Origin: Pseudomonadota bacterium
Lineage (GTDB): Bacteria; Pseudomonadota; Gammaproteobacteria; JAKAQQ01
Direction: 5' to 3'
Assembly: GCA_027338645.1 (NCBI GenBank)
Contig: DAHWSH010000011.1
Span: forward strand, 130,546 to 194,545
DNA: 64,000 nt
The notes beneath the pieces are model-generated. The model was not told the DNA's origin, ran no database searches, and saw only the letters and a list, made by a program, of their open reading frames with translations. Every line of letters begins with the position of its first letter. The first letter of the stretch is position 1. Shown in pieces: positions 32,264 through 42,320 of the stretch. The position numbers and the translations under genes were made by a program.

Positions 32264-33715
32264 TCAATCTAAAGCGAGCAGATCCATGAGGTCGGAGACC
32301 GGCCGACCGGCCTGTTCCTGCCAGGGAGCGTCCAGGAAAGCGGAGATCGCCTCTGCCCGAACCGGCGCCAGCCGGGCCAGCCCTGCCATGAACTTTCGGG
32401 ACAGTCGTGGTCGAGCCTCTTCCCGCCGTTCGCGGTGCCCAAGCGGGATCTCGACCACCACCCGCTCGCTTGAGGGACCTTCTTTAAAGTGGATCTGGAG
32501 AGCATTGCCAATATAACGCTTCTCCGGATCATAGTAGCGGCGGGTAAAGTCCGGATTTTCGACGACCCGCATCTTGGAACGAAGCCTGTCGATCCACGGG
32601 TCGGATGCCGGACCCTCTTCATAGTCTTGAGCCACTAACCGTCCCCTCAAAAGCGCACTCGCCACGATGTACTGAAGGCAGTGATCCCGGTCGGCCGGAT
32701 TGCGGAGCGGTCCGGTCTTGTCGATGATACGGATGGCCGCACTTTGGGTTTCGATCACGATTTCGGTGATCTCATCCAGACGATCACGAACGGCAGGGTG
32801 CAGGCGGACCGCCGCCTCGGCTGCAGTCTGTCCATGGAATTCCGCTGGGAAGTCCACCTTGTAAAGGATGTTCTCCATGACATAACTGCCGAGTGGTCGA
32901 TCGAGTTGGAGTGGCGTATCCCTCATGACGACCGCACCGAACCCCCAGCGTGGAGCAGAGAGAATCCGGGGATAACCCATCTCGCCACGCAAGCTCAGCA
33001 GAGCCAGCTCGATACCTCGACAGGTGGCATCCGCAGCCGCCCAGGATTTTCGCGACCCGGTATTGGGATGATGTCGGTAGGCCCGGAGTGGGCCCCCATC
33101 GGCAAATGCCTGAGTGAGCGCATTTTCAATGGTCTGGCGAGAACCGCCGAGAAGTCGGCTCACGATTCCCGCTGACGCGACCCGAACATAAACCACGTGG
33201 TCAATCCCCACTGCATTAAGCGAATTGGCAAGGGCCAGGATCCCCTGAATCTCGTAGGCCTCGATCATCGCCGACAAAAGGTCACGGACCGTCACGATGA
33301 CCGGATTTTTCCTTCGGCAGAGGTAATCGGATAAGGGAAGGAGCGCCCCGAGATTATCCGAAGGATGCGCCCACTCGGCCGCCAGCCAAGTATCGTTATA
33401 GTCCAGCCAGCGGATCAGGGCGCCAGTATCGAACGCGGCCTTCATGAGATCAAGCTCGCAACTGGAACCCGGGACACGGGCGCCCAGACGGGGGCCACTC
33501 GTCCCCGGAACCCACGGACCGAGAAGCTTCGTGCAGTCCGGGTGGTCGAGCGCCATAAAGGCAACCCCGATGGAATCACGGAGACTTAACCAGGCCGTCT
33601 CATAAGCTAGTGGCGGGTGGGCAGGCGGGGAAGCCACATACTCGGCCAGTTCGGCGATGAGCGGATCGGTCTCCAGACTGAAACCTTCCATCCTCGGGTT
33701 GCGTTCAACGCTCAT
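32264..33715 (-). CDS. prpD: 2-methylcitrate dehydratase
   Basis: IRWLDYNDTWLAAEWAHPSDNLG, GSRKSWAAADA, FPAEFHGQTA, ADRDHC. Confidence 0.96.
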   Translation of the reverse strand: MSVERNPRMEGFSLETDPLIAELAEYVASPPAHPPLAYETAWLSLRDSIGVAFMALDHPDCTKLLGPWVPGTSGPRLGARVPGSSCELDLMKAAFDTGALIRWLDYNDTWLAAEWAHPSDNLGALLPLSDYLCRRKNPVIVTVRDLLSAMIEAYEIQGILALANSLNAVGIDHVVYVRVASAGIVSRLLGGSRQTIENALTQAFADGGPLRAYRHHPNTGSRKSWAAADATCRGIELALLSLRGEMGYPRILSAPRWGFGAVVMRDTPLQLDRPLGSYVMENILYKVDFPAEFHGQTAAEAAVRLHPAVRDRLDEITEIVIETQSAAIRIIDKTGPLRNPADRDHCLQYIVASALLRGRLVAQDYEEGPASDPWIDRLRSKMRVVENPDFTRRYYDPEKRYIGNALQIHFKEGPSSERVVVEIPLGHRERREEARPRLSRKFMAGLARLAPVRAEAISAFLDAPWQEQAGRPVSDLMDLLALD

Positions 33716-33718
33716 GGA

Positions 33719-34840
33719 TTATCGTTCCCGAAGAGCAGGCCATGGCCGGGGTTCCGGGCCGATGTAACCTGCATCCGGGCGAATCAGGCGGTTGTTGGCC
33801 CTCTGCTCAAATACGTGTGCTGACCACCCGCTCGTTCGGGAACAGACGAACAGCGGCGTGAAGAGTGGTGTTGGGATTCCCATAAAATGGTAGGCGGTTG
33901 CACTGTAAAAATCCAGATTCGGAAAAAGTTTTTTCTCGTCCCACATCACCTGCTCGATTGCCTCCGAGACCTCAAAATAGTGCCGGTCGGGATGATGTTC
34001 CGAAAGTTGGCACGACCATTCTTTGATAATGGCATTGCGGGGATCGTGGTCCCGGTAAACCCGGTGCCCGAATCCCATGATTTTCTCCTTGGTCTCAAGT
34101 GCGCGAAGGATACCCTGACGAGCTGAGGCAGGTGTCTTATAGCGAGAAATCATCTGCATGGCAGCTTCGTTCGCCCCACCGTGAAGCGGACCACGCAGTG
34201 TCCCGATCGCTCCTGTCAGACAGGAATGAAAATCGGAAAGCGTAGCAGCGCAAACTCGCGCAGTGAATGTCGATGCATTGAACTCGTGTTCCGCGTAGAG
34301 AATGAGGGAGACATCAAGGGCCCGACACGTGAGCGTCTCGGGTTCCCGGCCATGCAATAAGGTCAGGAAATGAGAGGCGATGGATGCACCACCCTTGACC
34401 GTATCAATCCGCTTCCCGGACTGGTGGTAGTGGTACCAGTAAAGCAGGATAGAAGGGAAAATTGAGAGCAGTCGGATCGCTGCGGGAACCTCCTGGCTAA
34501 AATCGTTTTCGGGTTCGAGACAGCCCAGAAAGGAACAGCCGGTCCGGAGTACATCCATGGGATGGGCAGTTGCGGGCAACCGCTCCAGGAGGCGAGCCAG
34601 TGGGTCGGGCAGCGCCCGGGCAGACGCTAAGGCCCGGACGAAGTCAGAAAGTGCCCTCTGATCTGGTGCGTGCCCATAAAGGAGCAGGTAGGCCACTTCT
34701 TCGAAGTTGGCGTCCCGAGCCAGTGACTCGATCGAATAGCCGCGATAGGTGAGCCCGACCCCTTCTTTTCCCACTGTGGAGATTGCCGTCTCGCCAGCGA
34801 CGACGCCCGCCAGCCCACCGGTTTTCTTGCTTTCGGTCAT
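33719..34840 (-). CDS. prpC: 2-methylcitrate synthase
   Basis: [35 protein letters not shown]; between prpB and prpD. Confidence 0.95.
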   Translation of the reverse strand: MTESKKTGGLAGVVAGETAISTVGKEGVGLTYRGYSIESLARDANFEEVAYLLLYGHAPDQRALSDFVRALASARALPDPLARLLERLPATAHPMDVLRTGCSFLGCLEPENDFSQEVPAAIRLLSIFPSILLYWYHYHQSGKRIDTVKGGASIASHFLTLLHGREPETLTCRALDVSLILYAEHEFNASTFTARVCAATLSDFHSCLTGAIGTLRGPLHGGANEAAMQMISRYKTPASARQGILRALETKEKIMGFGHRVYRDHDPRNAIIKEWSCQLSEHHPDRHYFEVSEAIEQVMWDEKKLFPNLDFYSATAYHFMGIPTPLFTPLFVCSRTSGWSAHVFEQRANNRLIRPDAGYIGPEPRPWPALRER

Positions 34841-35742
34841 CGGTTCTCCTCCTCAGGGAATGATGCAGGAATCGTTTGCGCACCAAAAAGCTGGTCAAGT
34901 TTCCGTTCGTATTCCCAGTACCCGAGTACTTGGTAGAGTGCTTCACGGGTCTGGAGTTGATCCATGAGGGACTTTTGGCTTCCGGCTTTGCGAAGCGTTT
35001 TGTAGGTTTCCTGTGCGGCTTGTCCCATCGCACGGAACACCGTCAGGGGATACAGCACGAGACGGATCCCTGCCATCCGATATTCCTCGCGATCAAAAAT
35101 CGGCGTCCGTCCAAACTCCGTGGCATTGGCGAGTACCGGAACGGACACGGCTCGGGTCAGGGCTGCATAGGATTCAAGGTCGGTCAGCGCCTCGGCAAAA
35201 ATCGAATCTGCGCCTACGTCCACATAGGCTTGGGCTCGCTGGATTACCCCCTCCAGACCCTCGCTGGCGAACGCATCGGTTCGGGCCATGACAACCTGTT
35301 CTGGATCGGTCCGTGCATCCACAGCGGCCCGGATCCGATCCTGCATCTCGGTGACGCTGACGAGCTGTTTGCCCGGGCGGTGACCGCATCGCTTCGCCGC
35401 CACCTGATCTTCGATATGAAAAGCAGCAACTCCCGCCCGGGTCAACTCGCGGACCATACGGGCAATGTTGAGGGCGGTGCCAAATCCCGTATCGACATCC
35501 ACCAGGAGTGGCAGTGACGTCACGTCGGTAATGCGCCGGGCTTCCTCCACCACTTCGCTGAGCGTGGTGAGCGCCAGATCCGGCAGTCCGAAAGCCGCGT
35601 TGGCCACACCTGCACCCGACAGGTAGAGCGCACTGAAACCCGCCTGCCCAGCCAGACGGGCACAGTAGGCATTGATCGCTCCCACCACCTGCAACGGATA
35701 TTCCGTATCCCAAGCGGCTCGGAACCGTTGACCCGGGGTCAT
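34837..35742 (-). CDS. prpB: 2-methylisocitrate lyase
   Basis: [38 protein letters not shown]. Confidence 0.96.
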   Translation of the reverse strand: MTPGQRFRAAWDTEYPLQVVGAINAYCARLAGQAGFSALYLSGAGVANAAFGLPDLALTTLSEVVEEARRITDVTSLPLLVDVDTGFGTALNIARMVRELTRAGVAAFHIEDQVAAKRCGHRPGKQLVSVTEMQDRIRAAVDARTDPEQVVMARTDAFASEGLEGVIQRAQAYVDVGADSIFAEALTDLESYAALTRAVSVPVLANATEFGRTPIFDREEYRMAGIRLVLYPLTVFRAMGQAAQETYKTLRKAGSQKSLMDQLQTREALYQVLGYWEYERKLDQLFGAQTIPASFPEEENR

Positions 35743-35786
35743 CACGAATCTCCAGTAGACGACCGTGTATTTTACACTGTGACCGG

Positions 35787-36797
35787 TCAAAGTTCCGGGT
35801 GAATACGAACCACAATCCGTCCGAAATGCGAGGGATGTTCTTGGGACGCAAAGAATGCCGGTAGTTCATCAAAAGCCAGTTGACGAGGAGCCATCCGTGC
35901 AAGTGCCCGAGGCCGCCAGTCTTGGGCCAAACGGGTCCAGAGCTCCCCCCGGGTGGCTGGTTCCACCTGGGTTGAGTTGATCCCGATCAAACGGACTCCG
36001 CGCAGGATAAAAGGGAAAACGGAGGTTTCGAGCCGTGTGGAAGCAGCCATGCCGATGGCCGCAATCACTGCCCGGGGCTGTGCAGACCGGATCATCCAGG
36101 AGAGAACCTGTCCACCTAGATTGTCGACACCCGCTGCCCACTGCCCACGGAGCAGTGGACGTAGGCTCGGATCAAGCTCTCCAGAGTCGAGCACTTCCCG
36201 GGCACCGAGGTCCAGAAGCTCGCGTTGCCAGGCAGCTTGACGGGTTAGCGCCGTGACCGCATATCCCTGACCGGCTAACAGATCCACCATAAAACATCCG
36301 ACCCCACTATTTGCACCACTTACAACCACCGAACCGGATTCGGACCCGATCCCACCCTCACGGATCGCCTGATAGGCCAAGGCTGCTGTGAATCCCGCAG
36401 TTCCGATCTGCATCGCCTCAAGCGGGGTCAACCCCGGATCCAGCCGGATGAGTTGTTCGGGATCGAGTCGCGCATATTCGGCGTATCCGCCGTCACGCAT
36501 CTCGCCCAGCCCTCCTCCGACAGCAGCCACCTGACAGCCAACCGGGAAAGCAGGATCTCCGGAATCAATGACTTCCCCAGCGAGATCGATCCCCCCGATC
36601 AACTGGCTCCGCCGCAGGATTTGTCCCCGTCCGGTCGCTGCCAGAAGATCTTTGTAGTTGATGCCCGAGTAGTGGACCCGGATCCCGATGGATCCCGGAT
36701 CCAGTGTCTCCCACGAAATCCGTTCCCAATGGATCCCGATACCTCCTGCTTCCTGGCGGAAACGGAGTACGAGAAAAGGTTTTTGCGGGATACTCAT
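35787..36797 (-). CDS. acuI: YhdH/AcuI family MDR oxidoreductase (acryloyl-CoA reductase-like)
   Basis: YSGINYKD, GIDLAG, IGTAGFTAAL, PFILRGVRLIGINS. Confidence 0.8.
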   Translation of the reverse strand: MSIPQKPFLVLRFRQEAGGIGIHWERISWETLDPGSIGIRVHYSGINYKDLLAATGRGQILRRSQLIGGIDLAGEVIDSGDPAFPVGCQVAAVGGGLGEMRDGGYAEYARLDPEQLIRLDPGLTPLEAMQIGTAGFTAALAYQAIREGGIGSESGSVVVSGANSGVGCFMVDLLAGQGYAVTALTRQAAWQRELLDLGAREVLDSGELDPSLRPLLRGQWAAGVDNLGGQVLSWMIRSAQPRAVIAAIGMAASTRLETSVFPFILRGVRLIGINSTQVEPATRGELWTRLAQDWRPRALARMAPRQLAFDELPAFFASQEHPSHFGRIVVRIHPEL

Positions 36798-37750
36798 GCC
36801 AGCTGACGGGAGACCCAGTGATCCAGCCCCATGGCATTCAGGTGGATGTCGAATGGAAGCAGCTGCTCGTACACGGTAACCGCGTCGGCAACTCCATGTT
36901 CGCGCAGGCGGTTGACTGTATGCAGCCGGAGTGCACTGAAAATGGCTTCCAGCCGCCTAGGTGCATCACGGTATTCTTGAGCCGTCCTTTCATAAAAATC
37001 GATCTCGGTCCGCAGGGTTTGGGCCAGCGTCTCGAGGGATCGATCGACTTGGCTGTAATGCGCAAGGAATATCCTCTGGGGACTGACTGCCATAATACGT
37101 TTCAACGTAACACGCGCCTCGAACGGATCGAACTGCGTCGGCGTCGTGGTGGGGAAAACAAAAGAACCTGCTTTCGTCTCGAGTTCCCGATAGGCAATAC
37201 CAAAACAGTCGCCTGCGAAAACCCCTTGGCTTCGCGGGTCGTAAAGGCAGAAATGGTGCCGAGCATGACCCTCGGTATGCCAGACCTCGAGATGCGAGTC
37301 GCCTAGAGTCATCCGTTCTCCATCTTTCACGCTCCGGATCCGTTCTTCCTGGATTGGAACAAGGTGCCCGAAGAGACGGTCGAATACCTCGGCTCCGTAA
37401 ACCGCCCTTGTGGCAGCCTCCAGCCGTCTCGGGTCGACCATGTGCGGTACCCCGCGCGGATGCAGCACAGCATGGGCATTGGGGAGCATCCGCATTAATT
37501 CTCCGGCCCCACCTGCATGATCGAGATGAACATGGGTAATAAATAGGTAGCGAACCTGGGAAGCATCCAGACCCAAATGATCCAATGCACCGAGCAGACG
37601 GGGAACCGCAGAGTTGGCGCCCACATCGACGAAAGCGGCTTCACCGTCCCGGACGACCAAGTGGCTGGCCATCGCCCCTGGACGGAAATAGCCCGAGTCA
37701 ATGGCATGGATGCCGGCCTCGTATGATTCAATCCCCAGCGGTTCCCTCAT
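36794..37750 (-). CDS. MBL-fold metallo-hydrolase
   Basis: THVHLDHAGG, GHARHH, FAGD, PTTTPTQFDP. Confidence 0.92.
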   Translation of the reverse strand: MREPLGIESYEAGIHAIDSGYFRPGAMASHLVVRDGEAAFVDVGANSAVPRLLGALDHLGLDASQVRYLFITHVHLDHAGGAGELMRMLPNAHAVLHPRGVPHMVDPRRLEAATRAVYGAEVFDRLFGHLVPIQEERIRSVKDGERMTLGDSHLEVWHTEGHARHHFCLYDPRSQGVFAGDCFGIAYRELETKAGSFVFPTTTPTQFDPFEARVTLKRIMAVSPQRIFLAHYSQVDRSLETLAQTLRTEIDFYERTAQEYRDAPRRLEAIFSALRLHTVNRLREHGVADAVTVYEQLLPFDIHLNAMGLDHWVSRQLA

Positions 37751-38256
37751 GGCTGCAGCCCATTCGGTGACGGGTCGGCGGGCGGTAGAGCATGTAGAAC
37801 TTCCTCTTCGAGTGTGGCTGGCTCTACTTCCGATGGGAAGCGGGCAATCAACCGGCCTTGCGAGTTCACGAGAAATTTCTCGAAGTTCCATCGGATATCG
37901 CCCGGGAAACCTTGCTGTGAATCAACGAGCCAGGCAAACAGGGCATGACGGCTAATCCCATTGACTTCCATCTTCCGGGTCAACGGGAAAGTGACGTGAT
38001 AACGATCCCGGCAGAAGGCAAGGATTTCCGGTTCCGCTTCCGGTTCCTGACCACCGAACTGGTTGCAGGGTACACCGAGCAGGCTGAAGCCGCGATCGCG
38101 ATGGCGGACATAAAGAGCTTCAAGACCATGGTATTGAGGTGTATAGCCACACCGGCTTGCCACATTGACCACGAGTACCGCGTGCCCACGGTAGTTCCCA
38201 AAGCGGATCGGCCTCCCCTCAATTCCCTCGATTTCAAAATCGTAAAAACGACTCAT
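37747..38256 (-). CDS. glutathione peroxidase family protein (Cys type)
   Basis: [29 protein letters not shown]. Confidence 0.95.
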   Translation of the reverse strand: MSRFYDFEIEGIEGRPIRFGNYRGHAVLVVNVASRCGYTPQYHGLEALYVRHRDRGFSLLGVPCNQFGGQEPEAEPEILAFCRDRYHVTFPLTRKMEVNGISRHALFAWLVDSQQGFPGDIRWNFEKFLVNSQGRLIARFPSEVEPATLEEEVLHALPPADPSPNGLQP

Positions 38257-40199
38257 GAAACTTTCTCCCCCGGCTCTGGGCACGGAGGGATCGGGGGTTC
38301 TCGATAAGACGGCACTTCGCTTCGGCGCAGATGTACCAATAGCAGGGCGAGAGCAGCTGGAGTCATGCCATCAATGGTAGAGGCTTGCTGCAGGGTTCTC
38401 GGGCGTGCGAGACGAAGTTTCATGGCCAACTCCCGGGACAGACCAGGGATGCGATCGAATTCGAAATGGGGGGGGAATTGTCGTTCGCGCTCTCGTTCAA
38501 GACGTTGGCGCTCAAGCCGCTGTCGGTCAAGATAGCCCGCGTAACGCAGTTCAATCTCGATCCCGAGTCCGATCCGCGGGTCGTCAAGTCCGGGTCCGAG
38601 ACCAGGAAATGTCATGAGTCGTGCGTAATCGAGTTCCGGTCGCCGGAGGAGATCCAGTGCCGAAGTGGGTGCCTCGAGGTGTATTCCCAAACTGGATACC
38701 ACTCGCTGAGTCTCCGGATCCTGGGGATTGACCATCCAGCGCTCCAGACGCTCCCGTTCGGCGGTTGCCTGTCGGGTTTTATCCTCAAACATCCGCCACT
38801 GTGTATCACTGACCAATCCAAGACTGCGCGCAAGCGGTGTCAGACGCTGGTCCGCATTGTCCCCCCGCAGGAAGAGGCGGTACTCGGCGCGACTGGTGAA
38901 CATCCGATAGGGTTCCCGGGTCCCCCGTACCGTCAGATCATCGATCATGACTCCGAGATAGCTGTACTCCCGTTGCGGGTACCAAAGGTCCCGACCGGCT
39001 GCGCGGAGCGCTGCATTGATTCCGGCCACAAGGCCTTGTGCCGCCGCTTCTTCGTAACCCGTCGTTCCATTGATTTGTCCGGCTAGAAACAGGTTGGTCA
39101 ATTGACGGGTCTCGAGCGTGTGGTAAAGGTTCCGTGGATCGAAATAATCGTACTCAATGGCATACCCGGGCCGGGTCAGATGGGCCTGCTCAAGTCCAGG
39201 AATGGTCCGCACAAAAGCCTGTTGCACCTCAAATGGCAGGCTGGTCGAAATACCGTTCGGATAAAGTTCGGGCGTATCCAGTCCCTCGGGCTCAAGAAAG
39301 ATCTGGTGGCGGGGCCGGTCAGCGAAACGGGTCACCTTGTCCTCGATCGACGGACAGTAGCGGGGACCAATTCCCTCGATCGCTCCACTGAACATTGGTG
39401 ATCGGCCGAGGTTCTCCCGAATAAGCTCGTGTGTCTCTTCGTTGGTATAAGTAATGTGGCAAACCAACTGGCGCAGTGCACCAGGAGGAGCCGACGCGAA
39501 GGAAAAGTACGGTGGGGGCCATTCTCCTTCCTGCCGTTCGAGACGGGAAAAATCGACCGTGCGACCATCGATCCTGGGCGGTGTTCCCGTCTTGAGCCGC
39601 CCGACCGGCAAGGAAAGTTCGCGAAGTCGCACGGCCAGACGGTTGGACGGAGCATCGCCAGAACGTCCGCCGCTGGATTGTGACTCGCCGACATGGATGC
39701 GCCCACCTAAGAAGGTCCCGACAGTCAGGACGACCGCCGGTGCGAAGAAACAACAGTCAAACTCGGTTCGCACTCCCGTCACCCGATCCTGTTCGACAAG
39801 GAGGTCTGCGACCGGCTGCTGGGCGATGCGGAGCCCTGGGGTTGTCTCCAGCTTCTGACGAATAACCTGGCGGTAAAGCGTCCGGTCGCACTGAGCGCGG
39901 ACGGCACGGACGGCATATCCTTTGCTGGCGTTGAGTGTCCGCCAATGGATACCGGCTTGATCTGCAGCCCACCCCATGAGACCACCCATGGCATCAATTT
40001 CACGGACAAGATGCCCCTTGCCGATTCCGCCCACCGCTGGGTTACAGCTCATTTGCCCTAAGGTTTCGATGTTCTGCGTCAGGAGAAGGGTCCGGGCACC
40101 CATTCGGGCCGCTGCATGGGCAGCCTCTGTTCCGGCATGCCCACCCCCTACGACAATGACATCGTAGTGCGCTTCGGCACTCGCCTTGTATTGGTTCAT
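38253..40199 (-). CDS. mnmG: tRNA uridine-5-carboxymethylaminomethyl modification enzyme GidA
   Basis: [50 protein letters not shown]. Confidence 0.98.
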   Translation of the reverse strand: MNQYKASAEAHYDVIVVGGGHAGTEAAHAAARMGARTLLLTQNIETLGQMSCNPAVGGIGKGHLVREIDAMGGLMGWAADQAGIHWRTLNASKGYAVRAVRAQCDRTLYRQVIRQKLETTPGLRIAQQPVADLLVEQDRVTGVRTEFDCCFFAPAVVLTVGTFLGGRIHVGESQSSGGRSGDAPSNRLAVRLRELSLPVGRLKTGTPPRIDGRTVDFSRLERQEGEWPPPYFSFASAPPGALRQLVCHITYTNEETHELIRENLGRSPMFSGAIEGIGPRYCPSIEDKVTRFADRPRHQIFLEPEGLDTPELYPNGISTSLPFEVQQAFVRTIPGLEQAHLTRPGYAIEYDYFDPRNLYHTLETRQLTNLFLAGQINGTTGYEEAAAQGLVAGINAALRAAGRDLWYPQREYSYLGVMIDDLTVRGTREPYRMFTSRAEYRLFLRGDNADQRLTPLARSLGLVSDTQWRMFEDKTRQATAERERLERWMVNPQDPETQRVVSSLGIHLEAPTSALDLLRRPELDYARLMTFPGLGPGLDDPRIGLGIEIELRYAGYLDRQRLERQRLERERERQFPPHFEFDRIPGLSRELAMKLRLARPRTLQQASTIDGMTPAALALLLVHLRRSEVPSYREPPIPPCPEPGEKVS

Positions 40200-40378
40200 A
40201 AACCCACCTCTGGGTTCTATCATATCGTGTCACCCGATCTGGGATTTGGGGCAATGGATCAAGAGGGCGACGTCAGCGCCCGGCAAGTTTATACTGACAG
40301 ATAGAGAGGCCCAACTACCCGGATGACCTTTCACTCTTACACCATCCAATCCCGACACTGTGCCCGGAGGAGGTATCC

Positions 40379-40879
40379 ATGTCCACTCGAACGAGATTGC
40401 TGACGCTTGGTCTCTCCATCGGGACCCTCCTTCTCCTAGGAATCTCCTGGAGTTCGGCTCGTCCCATACCCATGAACCCATCACACGCCCCGTCGAGGGC
40501 CCTGCCGTGGGTGCCGGTTCCTATGCTGATGCCCATTGTCTGGCACAGTGCGGTCGAACTCCGTCTGACTCCCTCCCAGGAAAGCAGCCTGTTGAAGTGG
40601 CGGAACGACCAGATGCACAAATGGGTCGCCTCGCGCCATCAGGTCATGCGAGACAACCTGGCTCTGAGAAAAGCCCTGCTAGACGGAAAACCTGAAAACG
40701 CTTTGAATGCGCTCGTGGCCGCCGTTCACAAAGACCAGGCCCGGATGCTCGACACCGGGATCGATCAGGTGGAATATCTGCACCGATTGCTCACTCCAAA
40801 GCAATGGAAACAGTTGATCGCGCTCTACCGGTTCCGGATGATGAAAGGGGGATGGGACCCGCAATTCATGCGGCGGTAA
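40379..40879 (+). CDS. periplasmic Spy/CpxP-like helical protein
   Basis: Signal peptide; two LTxxQ motifs (LRLTPSQ, LLTPKQ); Met-rich. Confidence 0.65.
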   Translation: MSTRTRLLTLGLSIGTLLLLGISWSSARPIPMNPSHAPSRALPWVPVPMLMPIVWHSAVELRLTPSQESSLLKWRNDQMHKWVASRHQVMRDNLALRKALLDGKPENALNALVAAVHKDQARMLDTGIDQVEYLHRLLTPKQWKQLIALYRFRMMKGGWDPQFMRR

Positions 40880-40972
40880 ACACCTGTAAAACCGCTTCCA
40901 GCGCCTATGATTGAAACAAACCCGCGATCCATAGCCATCGATCCATGCAGTGGGAGGTTTCCCGGCATCCGC

Positions 40973-42313
40973 TCACTTGCCGATACAGAAAGTTGAGAAG
41001 ATTGCCCCCAGGAGGTCCTCGGTTGCCGGTGGATCGAGAATTTGCCCGAGCGCTACCTGGGCCCGGCGAAGCCCTTCGGCCATGAGCTCGAAGGGCTCAT
41101 TGTGTTCAAAAGCAACTCGCGCCCGGAGGATTTCCTGTCGGCACAGTGACAACGCATCAAGGTGACGAGGGCGAGCGAGCAGGAGACCCGGTGAACCATC
41201 GGTTACCGAACGGACCTCATCCAGGATAGCGGATTGGAGTTCGGCCACCCCTTCGCCAGTTTCAGCAGACAGGGCAAAGGATCGGTCATCCTCGCGTCCC
41301 GGTTTCCGCCTACTCCTGTCGATCTGGTTGCAGATTCTCCAGATCCGATGGGATCCAGCCCACTCCCGCTGTCGGAGCTCGTCCTCCGGATGCCAACCCA
41401 CGGTATCGTCGATCACGTAAAGCACAAGTTGGGCCCTTTCGATAGCATTCACGGCCCGGCGCATCCCTTCCTGTTCGATCGGATCCCGTGATTCCCGGAA
41501 ACCGGCTGAATCAATGATATGCAGACGGACCCCTTCCCATAGGCAATCGGCCTCCAGGAGATCCCGCGTTGTCCCGGGCAAGGAAGTGACGATGGCCCTT
41601 GACTCGCCGATAAAACGGTTGAACAAAGTGGATTTTCCAGCATTAACCGGACCGGCCAGAACGAGGGACCAGCCCTGTCTCAGGTTCAGTCCTGCCTCCC
41701 CTCGTTTGATGAGTCGACCCAGATCTTCTTCCAGAGCTAGCAGCACACGAGCAGCAAAGGGCAACGGAGTCACCACCTCTTCCCCAAAATCAATCTGGGC
41801 CTCGGTCTGGACCCGAAGCGCCTGGATCCGCTCACCGAGCTGCCGGACCTCCTGTGAGAACCCTCCCGAAAGCGATTGGAGGGCGGCACGGGCGGCAGCC
41901 TGGCTTTCGGCATTGATGAGATCCGCGACGGCCTCAGCCTGTGCAAGGTCTATGCGACCATTCAGAAAAGCGCGTTCGGAAAACTCTCCTGGCCGGGCCA
42001 ATCGAGCCCCTTGTTCGAGCAGCGCTTGAATCAGGGCTTCGATCGTAATCGGGCTGCCGTGACCTTGGAATTCGACCAGGTCTTCTCCTGTGTACGAGCA
42101 GGGCCGCACGAAACAGATAACCAGACCATAATCGATCTCTCGATTCTGGGCATCACGGAAGGTTCGAACCCGGGCCATCCGGGGCGGGGGCAGTGAACCC
42201 GTAACCCGTTCGGCCAAGGGGAACGCACCCTCGCCGCTCAACCGCACGATGCCGACAGCGCCCGTCCCCGGTGGTGTGGCTCCCGCAACAATAATGTCGC
42301 GCCCTGCGGTCAT
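40973..42313 (-). CDS. mnmE: tRNA modification GTPase MnmE
   Basis: SYTGED, RAFLNGRIDLAQAEA, GPVNAGKS, PGTTRD, C-terminal FCIGK. Confidence 0.97.
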   Translation of the reverse strand: MTAGRDIIVAGATPPGTGAVGIVRLSGEGAFPLAERVTGSLPPPRMARVRTFRDAQNREIDYGLVICFVRPCSYTGEDLVEFQGHGSPITIEALIQALLEQGARLARPGEFSERAFLNGRIDLAQAEAVADLINAESQAAARAALQSLSGGFSQEVRQLGERIQALRVQTEAQIDFGEEVVTPLPFAARVLLALEEDLGRLIKRGEAGLNLRQGWSLVLAGPVNAGKSTLFNRFIGESRAIVTSLPGTTRDLLEADCLWEGVRLHIIDSAGFRESRDPIEQEGMRRAVNAIERAQLVLYVIDDTVGWHPEDELRQREWAGSHRIWRICNQIDRSRRKPGREDDRSFALSAETGEGVAELQSAILDEVRSVTDGSPGLLLARPRHLDALSLCRQEILRARVAFEHNEPFELMAEGLRRAQVALGQILDPPATEDLLGAIFSTFCIGK

Positions 42314-42320
42314 TGATGGA

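Noticed and set aside
37747-38256. Selenocysteine recoding in the glutathione peroxidase
   Set aside because: The active-site residue is an ordinary Cys (NVASRCG) with no in-frame TGA.
40200-40378. E. coli-type oriC upstream of mnmG
   Set aside because: No DnaA box cluster or 13-mer repeats seen.
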